Source: Alphaproteobacteria bacterium (GTDB lineage: Bacteria; Pseudomonadota; Alphaproteobacteria; RF32; CAG-239). Taken from it: a DNA stretch of 64,000 nucleotides. Positions 17,768 through 26,668 of the stretch are shown piece by piece. How positions within the stretch are numbered: the stretch's first letter is position 1; the number at the start of each line of letters is the position of its first letter. The notes under the pieces were generated by a model, which was not told where the DNA came from, ran no database searches, and saw nothing but the letters and a program-made list of their open reading frames with translations. The stretch spans positions 53,132-117,131 of the forward strand of contig JAFUXF010000004.1 in assembly GCA_017477185.1 (NCBI GenBank), written 5' to 3'. Made by a program: the position numbers and the translations under genes.

Positions 17768-19021
17768 ATGGCAGGCAAAATTCAGAAATCAAAATTTTCA
17801 GGAATTCGCTATCGAGAAAGCGACACAAGAAAAAACGGAATAAGAAAAGATCGCTATTTCTTTCTAAGGTACAAAAGAAACGGAAAAGACATTGAGGAGG
17901 GTTTCGGTTGGGAATCGGAGGGCTTCACAGAATCCGCAGCTTATGAAGAACTTTGCTTGATTAAGCAAAACATTAAAACAGGATCCGGACATTTCAGCCT
18001 TAAAGAGAAAAGAGAGAAAGAACAGGCAGAAAGAGATGCCACCGCAGCCAAAAACATTACAATTAACGCCTTTTTTGAGGAATATTTCATTCCTTATCAC
18101 TTAAACAATAAAACAGAAAAAACAAAGGATAATCAAATAAAACTCTATGAAAAACATATAAAAAACGAGCTTGGCCATAAATATCTTAATGATGTTACGC
18201 GATTCGATATAGAGAAAATAAAAGCAGAAATGGTCCAAAAGAATTACGCCGCTGCAACAATAAATTATATAATTGGGATTATTAAAAGCATTTTTAACCG
18301 TGCAGCGGCTTTCGATAAGTTCGACAAGAAGAATCCGGCCGAACTTGTGGAATCCGTCATAAAGGACAATAAAAGAACGCGTTGGTTGACAAAAGAGGAA
18401 GCTGAAAAATTACTTTTTGCGCTTAAAACAATGAAATTAACGGATAAAAAGGCTTTTGCTTATGATTATTATGAAAAGTTCAAAACATCTCAGCTTTATG
18501 AAATGGCTTTAATAAGTCTATTTTGCGGTTTGCGAGCCAAGGAATTAAGATTTCTTACTGTTTCGGATGTTGACTTCAATACTGGCCAAATATTCATAAG
18601 AGATCCAAAAAACAAAGAAAGTCGATATGTTCCAATGCCGCAACTTATTTTTACGCTACTTAAACAACGTATTGATAATATTCTGGGGCTTGAGCCAAAC
18701 GATTATTTATTCCGGGCAAATAATGGGGAACAGCTTCCGGAAATATCCGATCAGTTCTATCGGATTGTCGCTCGGCTCGGTTTTAATGATAATATTGTAG
18801 ATGACCGGCAAAAGGTTGTTTTTCATACGCTCAGACACACTTATGCAAGTTGGCTTATTCAATCAGGCGTTCCTAAGTATGTCGTTAAAAAATTGCTCGG
18901 TCATAAAAAAGATGAAATGACGGATCGATATGCACACCTTGCCCCGGATAACTTTAATCAGGCTGCGCAAATTATAGATAATTCATATATGTTAGCGATT
19001 CCCTCGACTTCCGGAAGCTAA
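17768..19021 (+). CDS. int: tyrosine-type phage integrase
   Basis: C-terminal HTLRHTYASWLIQSG...LLGH...RYAHL, and an N-terminal arm-binding-like GIRYRE..DRYFFLRYKRNGK. Confidence 0.9.
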   Translation: MAGKIQKSKFSGIRYRESDTRKNGIRKDRYFFLRYKRNGKDIEEGFGWESEGFTESAAYEELCLIKQNIKTGSGHFSLKEKREKEQAERDATAAKNITINAFFEEYFIPYHLNNKTEKTKDNQIKLYEKHIKNELGHKYLNDVTRFDIEKIKAEMVQKNYAAATINYIIGIIKSIFNRAAAFDKFDKKNPAELVESVIKDNKRTRWLTKEEAEKLLFALKTMKLTDKKAFAYDYYEKFKTSQLYEMALISLFCGLRAKELRFLTVSDVDFNTGQIFIRDPKNKESRYVPMPQLIFTLLKQRIDNILGLEPNDYLFRANNGEQLPEISDQFYRIVARLGFNDNIVDDRQKVVFHTLRHTYASWLIQSGVPKYVVKKLLGHKKDEMTDRYAHLAPDNFNQAAQIIDNSYMLAIPSTSGS

Positions 19022-19345
19022 TAGCTTTTGAATTTCTATTTGCTGAATTAAATGATCCTCAATGCCTTTGTTTATAACGCAGCGGAAACGCGGCAATATC
19101 TTATAATCTTCTTCAAATGAAAGTTTCATATTTGTTATAAAATCGGCCAATTCTTCCCCACGTTCCCCGGTTATTGATAAAGAATGTTTTTGCCTTGGCA
19201 GAAATGCATCCCAAACACCATTTACGCGCATGATATAAACATTTTTCTTTTGAAGTTCCTCATGGCGTTTAGCATCTCTTTCCTGTTCTTCCGGAGGATA
19301 ATCCGGAAAAGGAATTCTTAATTGTTTATCTTTATTTTGTGTCAT
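18992..19345 (-). CDS. hypothetical phage protein
   Basis: 117-aa ORF convergent with int, overlapping its 3' end by 30 nt. Confidence 0.4.
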   Translation of the reverse strand: MTQNKDKQLRIPFPDYPPEEQERDAKRHEELQKKNVYIMRVNGVWDAFLPRQKHSLSITGERGEELADFITNMKLSFEEDYKILPRFRCVINKGIEDHLIQQIEIQKLLASGSRGNR

Positions 19346-19455
19346 TTACACCACCGAATCAGTATAAAACAGGCTTAATTTATTGAAATAAAATGATTTT
19401 TATATGTCATTAGATGTCATTTAAAATCGGTGGTTATTTCCATTTTGGAAACAAC

Positions 19456-19749
19456 CTATTTCCGGCAAATTTCTAATTCTTGACGGAGTTTGTCAATACG
19501 ACCAAGCCATTCCCAAGTGTTCGGATTTTCCGAATAGTTGAATCTTTCAAGCTCCGCCGCAACCTTTTCCCCGGCAACTGGCCAAGTGGGGCAAAAATCA
19601 AAAGATGTCCTTGCGCATGAGCTGCAAAAGCTGATCGCGATTAGCGTTAGGCTTGCTGTAAATAGCCGCTTTTTCCCTACCCAATACCCACCGCCGAAAG
19701 CAATAGCAAGACAGGCAAAAGCAATAATTAAAATATACATTTTACTCAT
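19456..19749 (-). CDS. possible spanin-like lysis accessory protein
   Basis: Its start overlaps the stop of the upstream membrane gene (ATGA). It has an N-terminal TM helix, a second hydrophobic stretch ending FCSSC, and a charged C-terminus. It is the last gene of the lysis cassette. Confidence 0.3.
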   Translation of the reverse strand: MSKMYILIIAFACLAIAFGGGYWVGKKRLFTASLTLIAISFCSSCARTSFDFCPTWPVAGEKVAAELERFNYSENPNTWEWLGRIDKLRQELEICRK

Positions 19750-20345
19750 AGCAACCCCACAACAAAACCAAAAACAGCACCATGGCAAACTTCTGCGCAA
19801 TTTTTAGGCTCATTTAGTGTTATATATTTTAGGATAGTGCTGCTATATAAATTCGGGCATTTATCAAATACCCAGTACCAAAATAAATAAATCGGGTACA
19901 TACAAAAAACTAGAATCCACCAAAGCCAAGACGGATATAAAAACAATGTCGGCAAAACACCGATAAAGTTTCGCATCGCACTATATATCCAATCGTAAAC
20001 ACCATAATATTTATGAATATAGAATTTATCCGGCAAGATCCAATTCAAAAACTCAACAATCCAATTACAAACAGGCCTAAACCACATATCATAACTCTTG
20101 CGACCTTGGCAGGGATTTAGCCCTGCATCTATAATTTCCCCAACTGCTCGGCTCCAATATTGAATAATAACCCATGTAGCCAAGGCCAAGGAAATAGCAA
20201 TTGTCTGCCAATCATAATCATTCGTAAATTGCCAAGCTAAAACAACAATAGCAATAATTGTCTGAATCGTACGGCTTAAAATCTTCTTAAAATCACCCCA
20301 TCCGTATAATCTACGCCATAAGAACCAAAAAATTGAACTTATCAT
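19746..20345 (-). CDS. Trp-rich polytopic membrane protein in the lysis cassette
   Basis: 199 aa with several TM segments. ATGA overlaps with both the endolysin stop and the next gene's start. Confidence 0.5.
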   Translation of the reverse strand: MISSIFWFLWRRLYGWGDFKKILSRTIQTIIAIVVLAWQFTNDYDWQTIAISLALATWVIIQYWSRAVGEIIDAGLNPCQGRKSYDMWFRPVCNWIVEFLNWILPDKFYIHKYYGVYDWIYSAMRNFIGVLPTLFLYPSWLWWILVFCMYPIYLFWYWVFDKCPNLYSSTILKYITLNEPKNCAEVCHGAVFGFVVGLL

Positions 20346-20833
20346 ATCTCAAATCTCCCTGTTTTAATTGTGTTTGCTATTCTTTTTGCCCTTTTGCCGG
20401 TTTGCTTGGCATACATGGAATTTAAGCACTCAAAAGCAGCTTTCTCCCAATCTTCTTCACGCATTGCCTTAAGCATACGCCGGAATTTAAGCAATCCCTT
20501 AATTCCAAGATTAAATGCCATATCCAAAAGCGCATATTGCCGCTCGTCATCTAAAGCACTAAAAAAAGGAATGTTTTTCTTACATTCCTTTTCAACTCTT
20601 TCAATATCATGCCTTAGCAAAAATAAAGCGGCATTTTTCGTTATTCCATGCTCATAATCGCCGATAATCTTCAATTCTTCCGATGTCGGGGGATTAGTTT
20701 CCAAATTCCGGCCAACTCCAATCGTCCAATATCCTGCAGGGCATTTGTAAGGCATCAGCTTACAACCCTCGTGAAGAATAAACCTCGTCATCAGTTCATT
20801 TATTTCTAATTTTTTTTGATCGCTTATTTTCAT
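20342..20833 (-). CDS. endolysin, GH24 (T4-type) lysozyme
   Basis: LHEGCKLMPYKCPAGYWTIGVGRNL contains the catalytic Glu followed by the TIGxG motif. Start placed at MKISDQ (20833), which has an AGGAG RBS. Confidence 0.8.
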   Translation of the reverse strand: MKISDQKKLEINELMTRFILHEGCKLMPYKCPAGYWTIGVGRNLETNPPTSEELKIIGDYEHGITKNAALFLLRHDIERVEKECKKNIPFFSALDDERQYALLDMAFNLGIKGLLKFRRMLKAMREEDWEKAAFECLNSMYAKQTGKRAKRIANTIKTGRFEI

Positions 20834-21248
20834 CAATATTAACTCCTGTTTTTTCTTTGATTTTAAGAACAGTGAATTGAGTAAGAACTCTAAAAACCTC
20901 ATTACCAGTAATCCGATAACAATTTTCAAAAATTGAATAAAGTTCTATTCCACAAATTAACGTGCAACCGATTTTTGCTAAGTTACAATCAAAAAATGTT
21001 AACATATGGACATCTATTCCTTGTAAGAGAATAACCGTCATTGAATACATTAAGAATTTTTGTATTGTTCTAGCTAAGCCGGATGACGTTATTATCTGCA
21101 GTTCTTTGCAACTTGCCCAAATTCCCATTACCATGTCGGAGGCAATAAAAATAAGAATCCACATAATCAAAACATTTATCGGCTCTAAAAATCCGATAAT
21201 GCTTGCTAAGCAATATGACCACATTCTGTTAATATCTAAAAACTTCAA
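20796..21248 (-). CDS. holin
   Basis: 150 aa with 3-4 TM segments and a charged C-terminus. TTG start with a GGAGG RBS. Overlaps the endolysin start. Confidence 0.65.
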   Translation of the reverse strand: MKFLDINRMWSYCLASIIGFLEPINVLIMWILIFIASDMVMGIWASCKELQIITSSGLARTIQKFLMYSMTVILLQGIDVHMLTFFDCNLAKIGCTLICGIELYSIFENCYRITGNEVFRVLTQFTVLKIKEKTGVNIDENKRSKKIRNK

Positions 21249-21289
21249 TTTAAACCTCCATAAAGAAAAGGGGCTTATTCAGCCCCTCA

Positions 21290-21943
21290 TTACTTATCTA
21301 AACGAACATATTTTAATAAAACACCTCCGGTTTGCACCGCTCCACCCTGGAGAGTTGCTCCGCCGCCCCATTTATGACTTGAGGTTGAGGCTCCGCCGGC
21401 TGCATTTCCCCATAATGTCGTTCCGGCTCCACTATTGCCACTCACTGACTTTCTAACATTAACAATATCCAACCCGTTAACAGAAACAGATCCACCACCT
21501 CCGGCCGAACCTGCTCCGGCATTTCCGCCGGCATTACAAGTCAAAACAATAGTATTATTTAGTTTAATGCTGCTTGCTGCGCAATTTCCTCCGGCCGTTA
21601 TTGTGACGGTTGATGTTTGCGGTAAATAAAAAACACCCTCCCAAGTCGCTCCGGATCCACCGCCGCAGCTCCAACTATATTTTCCGGCAAGCCATTCCGC
21701 TTTATTTCCACCGCCACCGGTAAGACATAAATCATAAACGCCGCGCTGCAAAGTTAAAGTCTTGCTTGAATTTGTAAAACTGGCCAAAGTGCTACCGGGT
21801 TGATATGGATTATATTGATAAACCAATTTTCCGTTTAAATAAGCCTTTTTAGCAGCCTTAAGCGGAGAATTCGGAGTTGCCTTAAAATAAAGGCCATGTT
21901 TTCCGATTGCAGAGGCCTTTTTATGATTAAAGCAAAGTGTCAT
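21290..21943 (-). CDS. glycine-rich tail fibre distal protein
   Basis: Contains GGGGNKAEW, GGGSGATWEG and GGNAGAGSAGGGGS runs. ATGA overlap with the upstream fibre gene. Confidence 0.5.
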   Translation of the reverse strand: MTLCFNHKKASAIGKHGLYFKATPNSPLKAAKKAYLNGKLVYQYNPYQPGSTLASFTNSSKTLTLQRGVYDLCLTGGGGNKAEWLAGKYSWSCGGGSGATWEGVFYLPQTSTVTITAGGNCAASSIKLNNTIVLTCNAGGNAGAGSAGGGGSVSVNGLDIVNVRKSVSGNSGAGTTLWGNAAGGASTSSHKWGGGATLQGGAVQTGGVLLKYVRLDK

Positions 21944-22308
21944 TGTTCCTCCGGAATAACATATAAAACACCGGCAACCGGATTTTGCGGCTCTGCATTG
22001 ACTTCCTGAATTTTAGCATCCAAAGCAGCCGAGCATTGATTAACGCTTGCAACCACCGCATCAAGTTGCAATTTATTAACAGCATCAGAATTGCTTATCG
22101 CATTGGCCACGTTTTTAACCCGAAAATTACCGGCATTAAATTCGCCCTCCATCTGGACACTTCCATTTTTAAGAAAGCATTGGGATAATCCGTCCGCAAA
22201 ATTGTTATCCTCCTCATCTGCACGTTCTGCGACAATATCGATGTTATTTTCTCTATCATCTTCCCAACAGTGTAATCGTTGGAAATTTCCATTACTATCG
22301 AATGGCAT
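21940..22308 (-). CDS. tail fibre proximal protein
   Basis: The motif NVANAISNSDAVNKLQLD is typical of phage fibre shafts. Confidence 0.45.
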   Translation of the reverse strand: MPFDSNGNFQRLHCWEDDRENNIDIVAERADEEDNNFADGLSQCFLKNGSVQMEGEFNAGNFRVKNVANAISNSDAVNKLQLDAVVASVNQCSAALDAKIQEVNAEPQNPVAGVLYVIPEEQ

Positions 22309-22343
22309 ATTGTGTTCTTTTCTCCTTTTCAGTTAATTGTTAA

Positions 22344-22373
22344 TAAAAAAAGCGGCAGATTTTCATCTACCGC
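22344..22373 (-). terminator. Rho-independent terminator just upstream of the fibre genes
   Basis: Minus-strand stem gcgguaga/ucugccgc followed by T7. Confidence 0.55.
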
Positions 22374-22575
22374 CCTCAAGATTACTTTCGCTTAAAGCTC
22401 AAGAAAACCTTGATTTTGTGAATGATAATAATTATTTTTATTACCATAGCACGCTCCTTTCATTAAAAGTGAAAGGAGTTGATGGCTTAAAAACTATTGA
22501 CAAGAATAATATTTTAAGCTACTATATAACCATCGGGAAAGAGTTATATACCAACTCCTTTCAGACGTTAAAACG

Positions 22576-22597
22576 GTCACTTGTTCCCGCAAGTGAC
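22576..22597. terminator. perfect 8-bp hairpin after the 788-aa gene
   Basis: gtcacttg-ttcccg-caagtgac, with T-rich tracts on both strands. Confidence 0.5.
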
Positions 22598-22643
22598 TGT
22601 TTCTTTATATATGAAATAGCTTAAAAGTCAATGAACTTATGCT

Positions 22644-25010
22644 TTAATTTTTAGCTGCATTCATACCAACAACTGGAAGTGCCGGTAATGCAGGAGATAA
22701 CAAGATTTTAGCCATAAGCTTATTTTGCTCTCTTTGTGAAAGTTTATTTAAGGCATTATTTAGCCGACTATTAAGCATATAAGGATTTTTTTCTGTTAAT
22801 AGCTCTGCAATAGCTTTATTCTTGCTATTTTTCCACGGAGCCGATAGTCTTTCCAAAAATAAGCCTATACTTCCCATCGGTTGTTTACCAACTTTAACGG
22901 CAATATCAAACGTATCTTGCAAATCTGGGTTTAAGGCATCTCTGACCATTTGGTTGCTTGAGGTTTGAGAACCGCCTAAGATTTTATTATAATTACGATA
23001 ACTATTTATTCTTGCATCTGCATATTTCGTTAAAGTATCATAATCTATTTCTCTCAAGACTTGTTTTAACTTATTTTTGACACCGGCTTGCTTAAAGATA
23101 TTATAAGCTAAATTTTCGTTGTTTTTAGAATCCAATTTTGACAATAGATTATCTCTCAAGCCTATTTTTAAGCTCTCAAGTTCTAGCGGACTCATTTCTG
23201 CAACCTTTTTATTAAAAACCTCTGAACTTACTTTCGGATCAAAAATATCATCAGCGATCTTTTGAGCGTGTAAATATTTGCCTTGATCTTCATAAATCTT
23301 TAAGGTTTTGCTATATAATCCGTCTGTTGCTTTATCAATCATATCAACAAGATTTTTCTTAACAATTTCTCTTTCTGCAATATATTCCCTATTTGCACTT
23401 CTATTTTTGGCCAATAAAGAAATTTCTCTATCAATTTCTTTTTTAGCCTGATTTAAGAGAGAAAAATCAGTATTGGCAGCCTGCCGCATTCCCGGATGAA
23501 GAGAATCGACAACCGGATTTTTTCTAATCCTTTTTATTATATTCTGTAAATACTCATTTTCATTGACAAACCTCCCTAAATCTGATAGAATATACTTACC
23601 TTCAGGTGAGGGACTTATCCCCATATTACCTGATTGAGTGCCATTGACGGATAAGTCGTCAAGAGGCTCTTTAAATTGTTTAGCCGCATATCTTAAATTT
23701 GTCGGGAATTTATTATAAATTCCATCATCTTGTTTTATAATCAAATCATAAATATCTTGGCCAAATTGATTATTGTACTTTTTAACCAAATATTGTTTAA
23801 TTTTTCCGTCTTTATCTGTTAGTGTTGCGCTTAAATCCGGATTTTTGGCTGTACTTCCCAAAGTATTTAAATATTGATTACGTTTAGCATCTTTTGTAAA
23901 ATGCTCAATATCTCCCAATAATTTTAGTTTTTCACGCTTTGCAACTTCTTGCACATAAGCATTATACTCTTCCGGTCGTGTTCTTTTAATGGTTTTAATG
24001 CTTTGTGCACTTGCATTTTTTAAGCGTTGGCCAATTTCCCATATTTCCAAATCTCCCATTTTTTCCAATTGTTTATAATATGGATCAGCCTGTTTTTTTG
24101 CCGCAGTGGTAATATCTTCAATATTTCCCAGTTTTGTTTTTTTACCCAATGTCAAATTAACAATTCCGCGAGCATAATCAGGATTCTCTTGATTGATTTC
24201 TAACAATCTGTTTTCAAAAACATCACTTGCTTCCGGTGTTTGTTCTCTGACGATTTTTGCTAAACGGTTAATTTTAGAATTACCGACTTCCGCTAAATCA
24301 TTGCTAAAACGCCTTGTATCCGCCATGGCTTTTCGCAAATCATCTTCACCGATAATCTTTTTCATAGCATCAGCTGCCCGCAAATATCTGTTCTGAAAAG
24401 GTTGTAAAACAAAATCAGCTTTTTTTAATCCTGATAAGATTTTATTTCCGCCATACCCCAACGCGGCACTAAAAGCACCGCCGGTTAAGATATTAGCAGG
24501 AACATCTTCTGCCATTTCAGAATCTACACCACTTTGAATACCACCCTCAAGACCTGCAGAACCGGCCAAAAGTCTAACACCTTTTACCCCTTTATCAGCC
24601 AAATGCTTATAAATTGCCCTACCTGCACCGGCAACATTTCCTCCCATTTCCAAACCAAAGGCAGCAACAGGATGATTATTTGCAAATTTTTCCCTTTGCT
24701 CTTTTGAATCACCTACAAGTTCATTATAACGATCCTTAAACGCTTCAATATAAGGCTTGCCATGATATGCATCTACCGCAGCAGCACCGGCACCATAAAT
24801 TGCACCGCCGACCTTATCAGCAAGCCCTAATGAACCGCCATGTGCAAAAGAAGAAACCGCTCCGGTTGCCGCTTCATCAAACTTTTGATAATTCTTAAGA
24901 TCTTCAAAAGTAACGCCCTCACTCGCAATATACCCGTCAATATCTTCTTCAGGGGCATTTTGGGCGGCCATTCTTGCCACATTTCGTTTAATTTTTGCCA
25001 AATCAGCCAT
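22644..25010 (-). CDS. large virion-associated (internal/ejection or tail) protein
   Basis: 788 aa in the late operon. Has a Gly/Ala-rich N-terminal third. Function inferred from position only. Confidence 0.4.
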   Translation of the reverse strand: MADLAKIKRNVARMAAQNAPEEDIDGYIASEGVTFEDLKNYQKFDEAATGAVSSFAHGGSLGLADKVGGAIYGAGAAAVDAYHGKPYIEAFKDRYNELVGDSKEQREKFANNHPVAAFGLEMGGNVAGAGRAIYKHLADKGVKGVRLLAGSAGLEGGIQSGVDSEMAEDVPANILTGGAFSAALGYGGNKILSGLKKADFVLQPFQNRYLRAADAMKKIIGEDDLRKAMADTRRFSNDLAEVGNSKINRLAKIVREQTPEASDVFENRLLEINQENPDYARGIVNLTLGKKTKLGNIEDITTAAKKQADPYYKQLEKMGDLEIWEIGQRLKNASAQSIKTIKRTRPEEYNAYVQEVAKREKLKLLGDIEHFTKDAKRNQYLNTLGSTAKNPDLSATLTDKDGKIKQYLVKKYNNQFGQDIYDLIIKQDDGIYNKFPTNLRYAAKQFKEPLDDLSVNGTQSGNMGISPSPEGKYILSDLGRFVNENEYLQNIIKRIRKNPVVDSLHPGMRQAANTDFSLLNQAKKEIDREISLLAKNRSANREYIAEREIVKKNLVDMIDKATDGLYSKTLKIYEDQGKYLHAQKIADDIFDPKVSSEVFNKKVAEMSPLELESLKIGLRDNLLSKLDSKNNENLAYNIFKQAGVKNKLKQVLREIDYDTLTKYADARINSYRNYNKILGGSQTSSNQMVRDALNPDLQDTFDIAVKVGKQPMGSIGLFLERLSAPWKNSKNKAIAELLTEKNPYMLNSRLNNALNKLSQREQNKLMAKILLSPALPALPVVGMNAAKN

Positions 25011-25015
25011 TTTAT

Positions 25016-25894
25016 TTACTCCATGCCTGAATATTTATTTTTATAATATGATGCACTTTTAGGTTTATTTCCCAGATAATCAGCCTTAAAATTAGCTATT
25101 TTACGCTTTATTCTATCTTCAGTGTCCCAAGGGCTTATTGAATAACGATATGCCTCAGCTTCCGCCGCACTGTTTAATTCTGAACCTGTTAAACCTGTTG
25201 CTTGTAATTTTTGCCGTAAATAAGCATTCATCTGAGCATTAGCCGTTTTAACATCTTCATAATTATTCCCAGAATCGCCAAAAACGTTTAATCCTATCTT
25301 TTCAGCCGTTGCCCCAAGTAAACCTAAGCCATCTCCACTGTCTGCTGCTGTTTCGGCACGAGATAAAGCATCCAACAAGGCCGGTTTCATTTCTTCAGCC
25401 GATCTTTCGCCACCGGCTCTCTGTGCGGCATCTTTTAACAACTCATTATCATAGGTTTTATTTCCGGTTAATTGAATACCTAATTGGTTGGCAATAGCTT
25501 GATTATTCAAATCACTGTTACCTGATAGTGAGTGTTTATAATTAGCCAATTTCAAAGCATTATCAAATTTTCTTGATTCTGCTTCCAAATCCCATTGATG
25601 ATTTCTTTCTGCATCAGAAAGCGACCATTCGCGCTGTTGGTTTAATTGATCCATCTTTAATTTATTGGCCATTGCTCCGGTTGGATCATAAGCAGAATAA
25701 GCGGCGTTAATTTCGTCAGTATTTCCACTTTGCAAAGCGTTAACTAAGGCTTGTTTTTTAACATTATCTTGGTAATCTTCAACGCCCTGGCCGATATTAT
25801 CCATCAATTTAGACCAATCAACTCTTTGTTTAGCCGGCGGCGTGTACATTCCTGCCGTTTTAATAATATCATTTGACCGATTAAAAGTTCTCAT
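25016..25894 (-). CDS. virion-associated hypothetical protein
   Basis: Late-operon ORF. Start placed at MRTFNRS. Confidence 0.4.
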   Translation of the reverse strand: MRTFNRSNDIIKTAGMYTPPAKQRVDWSKLMDNIGQGVEDYQDNVKKQALVNALQSGNTDEINAAYSAYDPTGAMANKLKMDQLNQQREWSLSDAERNHQWDLEAESRKFDNALKLANYKHSLSGNSDLNNQAIANQLGIQLTGNKTYDNELLKDAAQRAGGERSAEEMKPALLDALSRAETAADSGDGLGLLGATAEKIGLNVFGDSGNNYEDVKTANAQMNAYLRQKLQATGLTGSELNSAAEAEAYRYSISPWDTEDRIKRKIANFKADYLGNKPKSASYYKNKYSGME

Positions 25895-25961
25895 CTTCTC
25901 AAAACTCCAATAAAAAAGCCGCAAGCATATAGCAAGCGGCTTATCCCCCTAAATTTACCTA

Positions 25962-26651
25962 TTATGAATAATATCCACCAATACCACCGACAACACCTCC
26001 GGCAAGTGCTCCCCAAGGACCACCTATTTTTGCACCGGTTATTGCTCCGGTAGTTGCTCCACTTAATGCCCCACTTAAACCGCCTTTTTGGCTCTTTTGC
26101 GATTGCGCTTGATTGAAAATCGAACTAACAAGGTTTGCTTGTTCCATTTTCTTATCATAGCCGCTCATACTATTAGCGAGCAAATTCCAGATGTTTCCAA
26201 TATATCCGGTTTGTGCGCTATTAGCAAAGCTAGCAGAATTTAAGCTGTCATTGAGCGATTGTGTAAAAGCATTTTGACCATTCAAAACAGAATTATAAGC
26301 AGCCTGATTGGTCGCGTCGTTCTGATTGTTTTGTAGGTCATTCATAGCTCGCTCGTATGCTTCGCTTCCAACCGACAAACCTTGATTTATCAAGCGATTA
26401 TGCAAATCATCTTTTTGCTGCTGATAAATTGGCTGTGTTTTATCAAGATAGGCTTGAAAAGTTGCCGCTTCGGCTCTTTGTCTTGCATCATCTGAGCCAT
26501 CAACACCCCATATCCAGTTTCCAAGATTGGAGTTTCCGCTCATTTCATTAGCTTTTGTTTCAAAATTCTTCAAAACATTGTCATAGTTCTTTGTATCGAC
26601 ATTATTAACGGCAGAAAGCGCCATCAATAAGCCGGGGTTAATTTTTGCCAT
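25962..26651 (-). CDS. virion-associated protein with a C-terminal glycine-zipper segment
   Basis: The C-terminus reads GGLSGALSGATTGAITGAKIGGPWGALAGGVVGGIGGYYS. Start at MAKINPG with a GAGGAA RBS. Confidence 0.45.
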   Translation of the reverse strand: MAKINPGLLMALSAVNNVDTKNYDNVLKNFETKANEMSGNSNLGNWIWGVDGSDDARQRAEAATFQAYLDKTQPIYQQQKDDLHNRLINQGLSVGSEAYERAMNDLQNNQNDATNQAAYNSVLNGQNAFTQSLNDSLNSASFANSAQTGYIGNIWNLLANSMSGYDKKMEQANLVSSIFNQAQSQKSQKGGLSGALSGATTGAITGAKIGGPWGALAGGVVGGIGGYYS

Positions 26652-26668
26652 AATTTTCCTCACTTTCC

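Noticed and set aside
22337-22624. 95-aa plus-strand ORF in the late-operon spacer
   Set aside because: It starts inside one terminator hairpin and runs through a second. It has no RBS and its sequence is low-complexity. The region is better explained as structured non-coding DNA (see findings).
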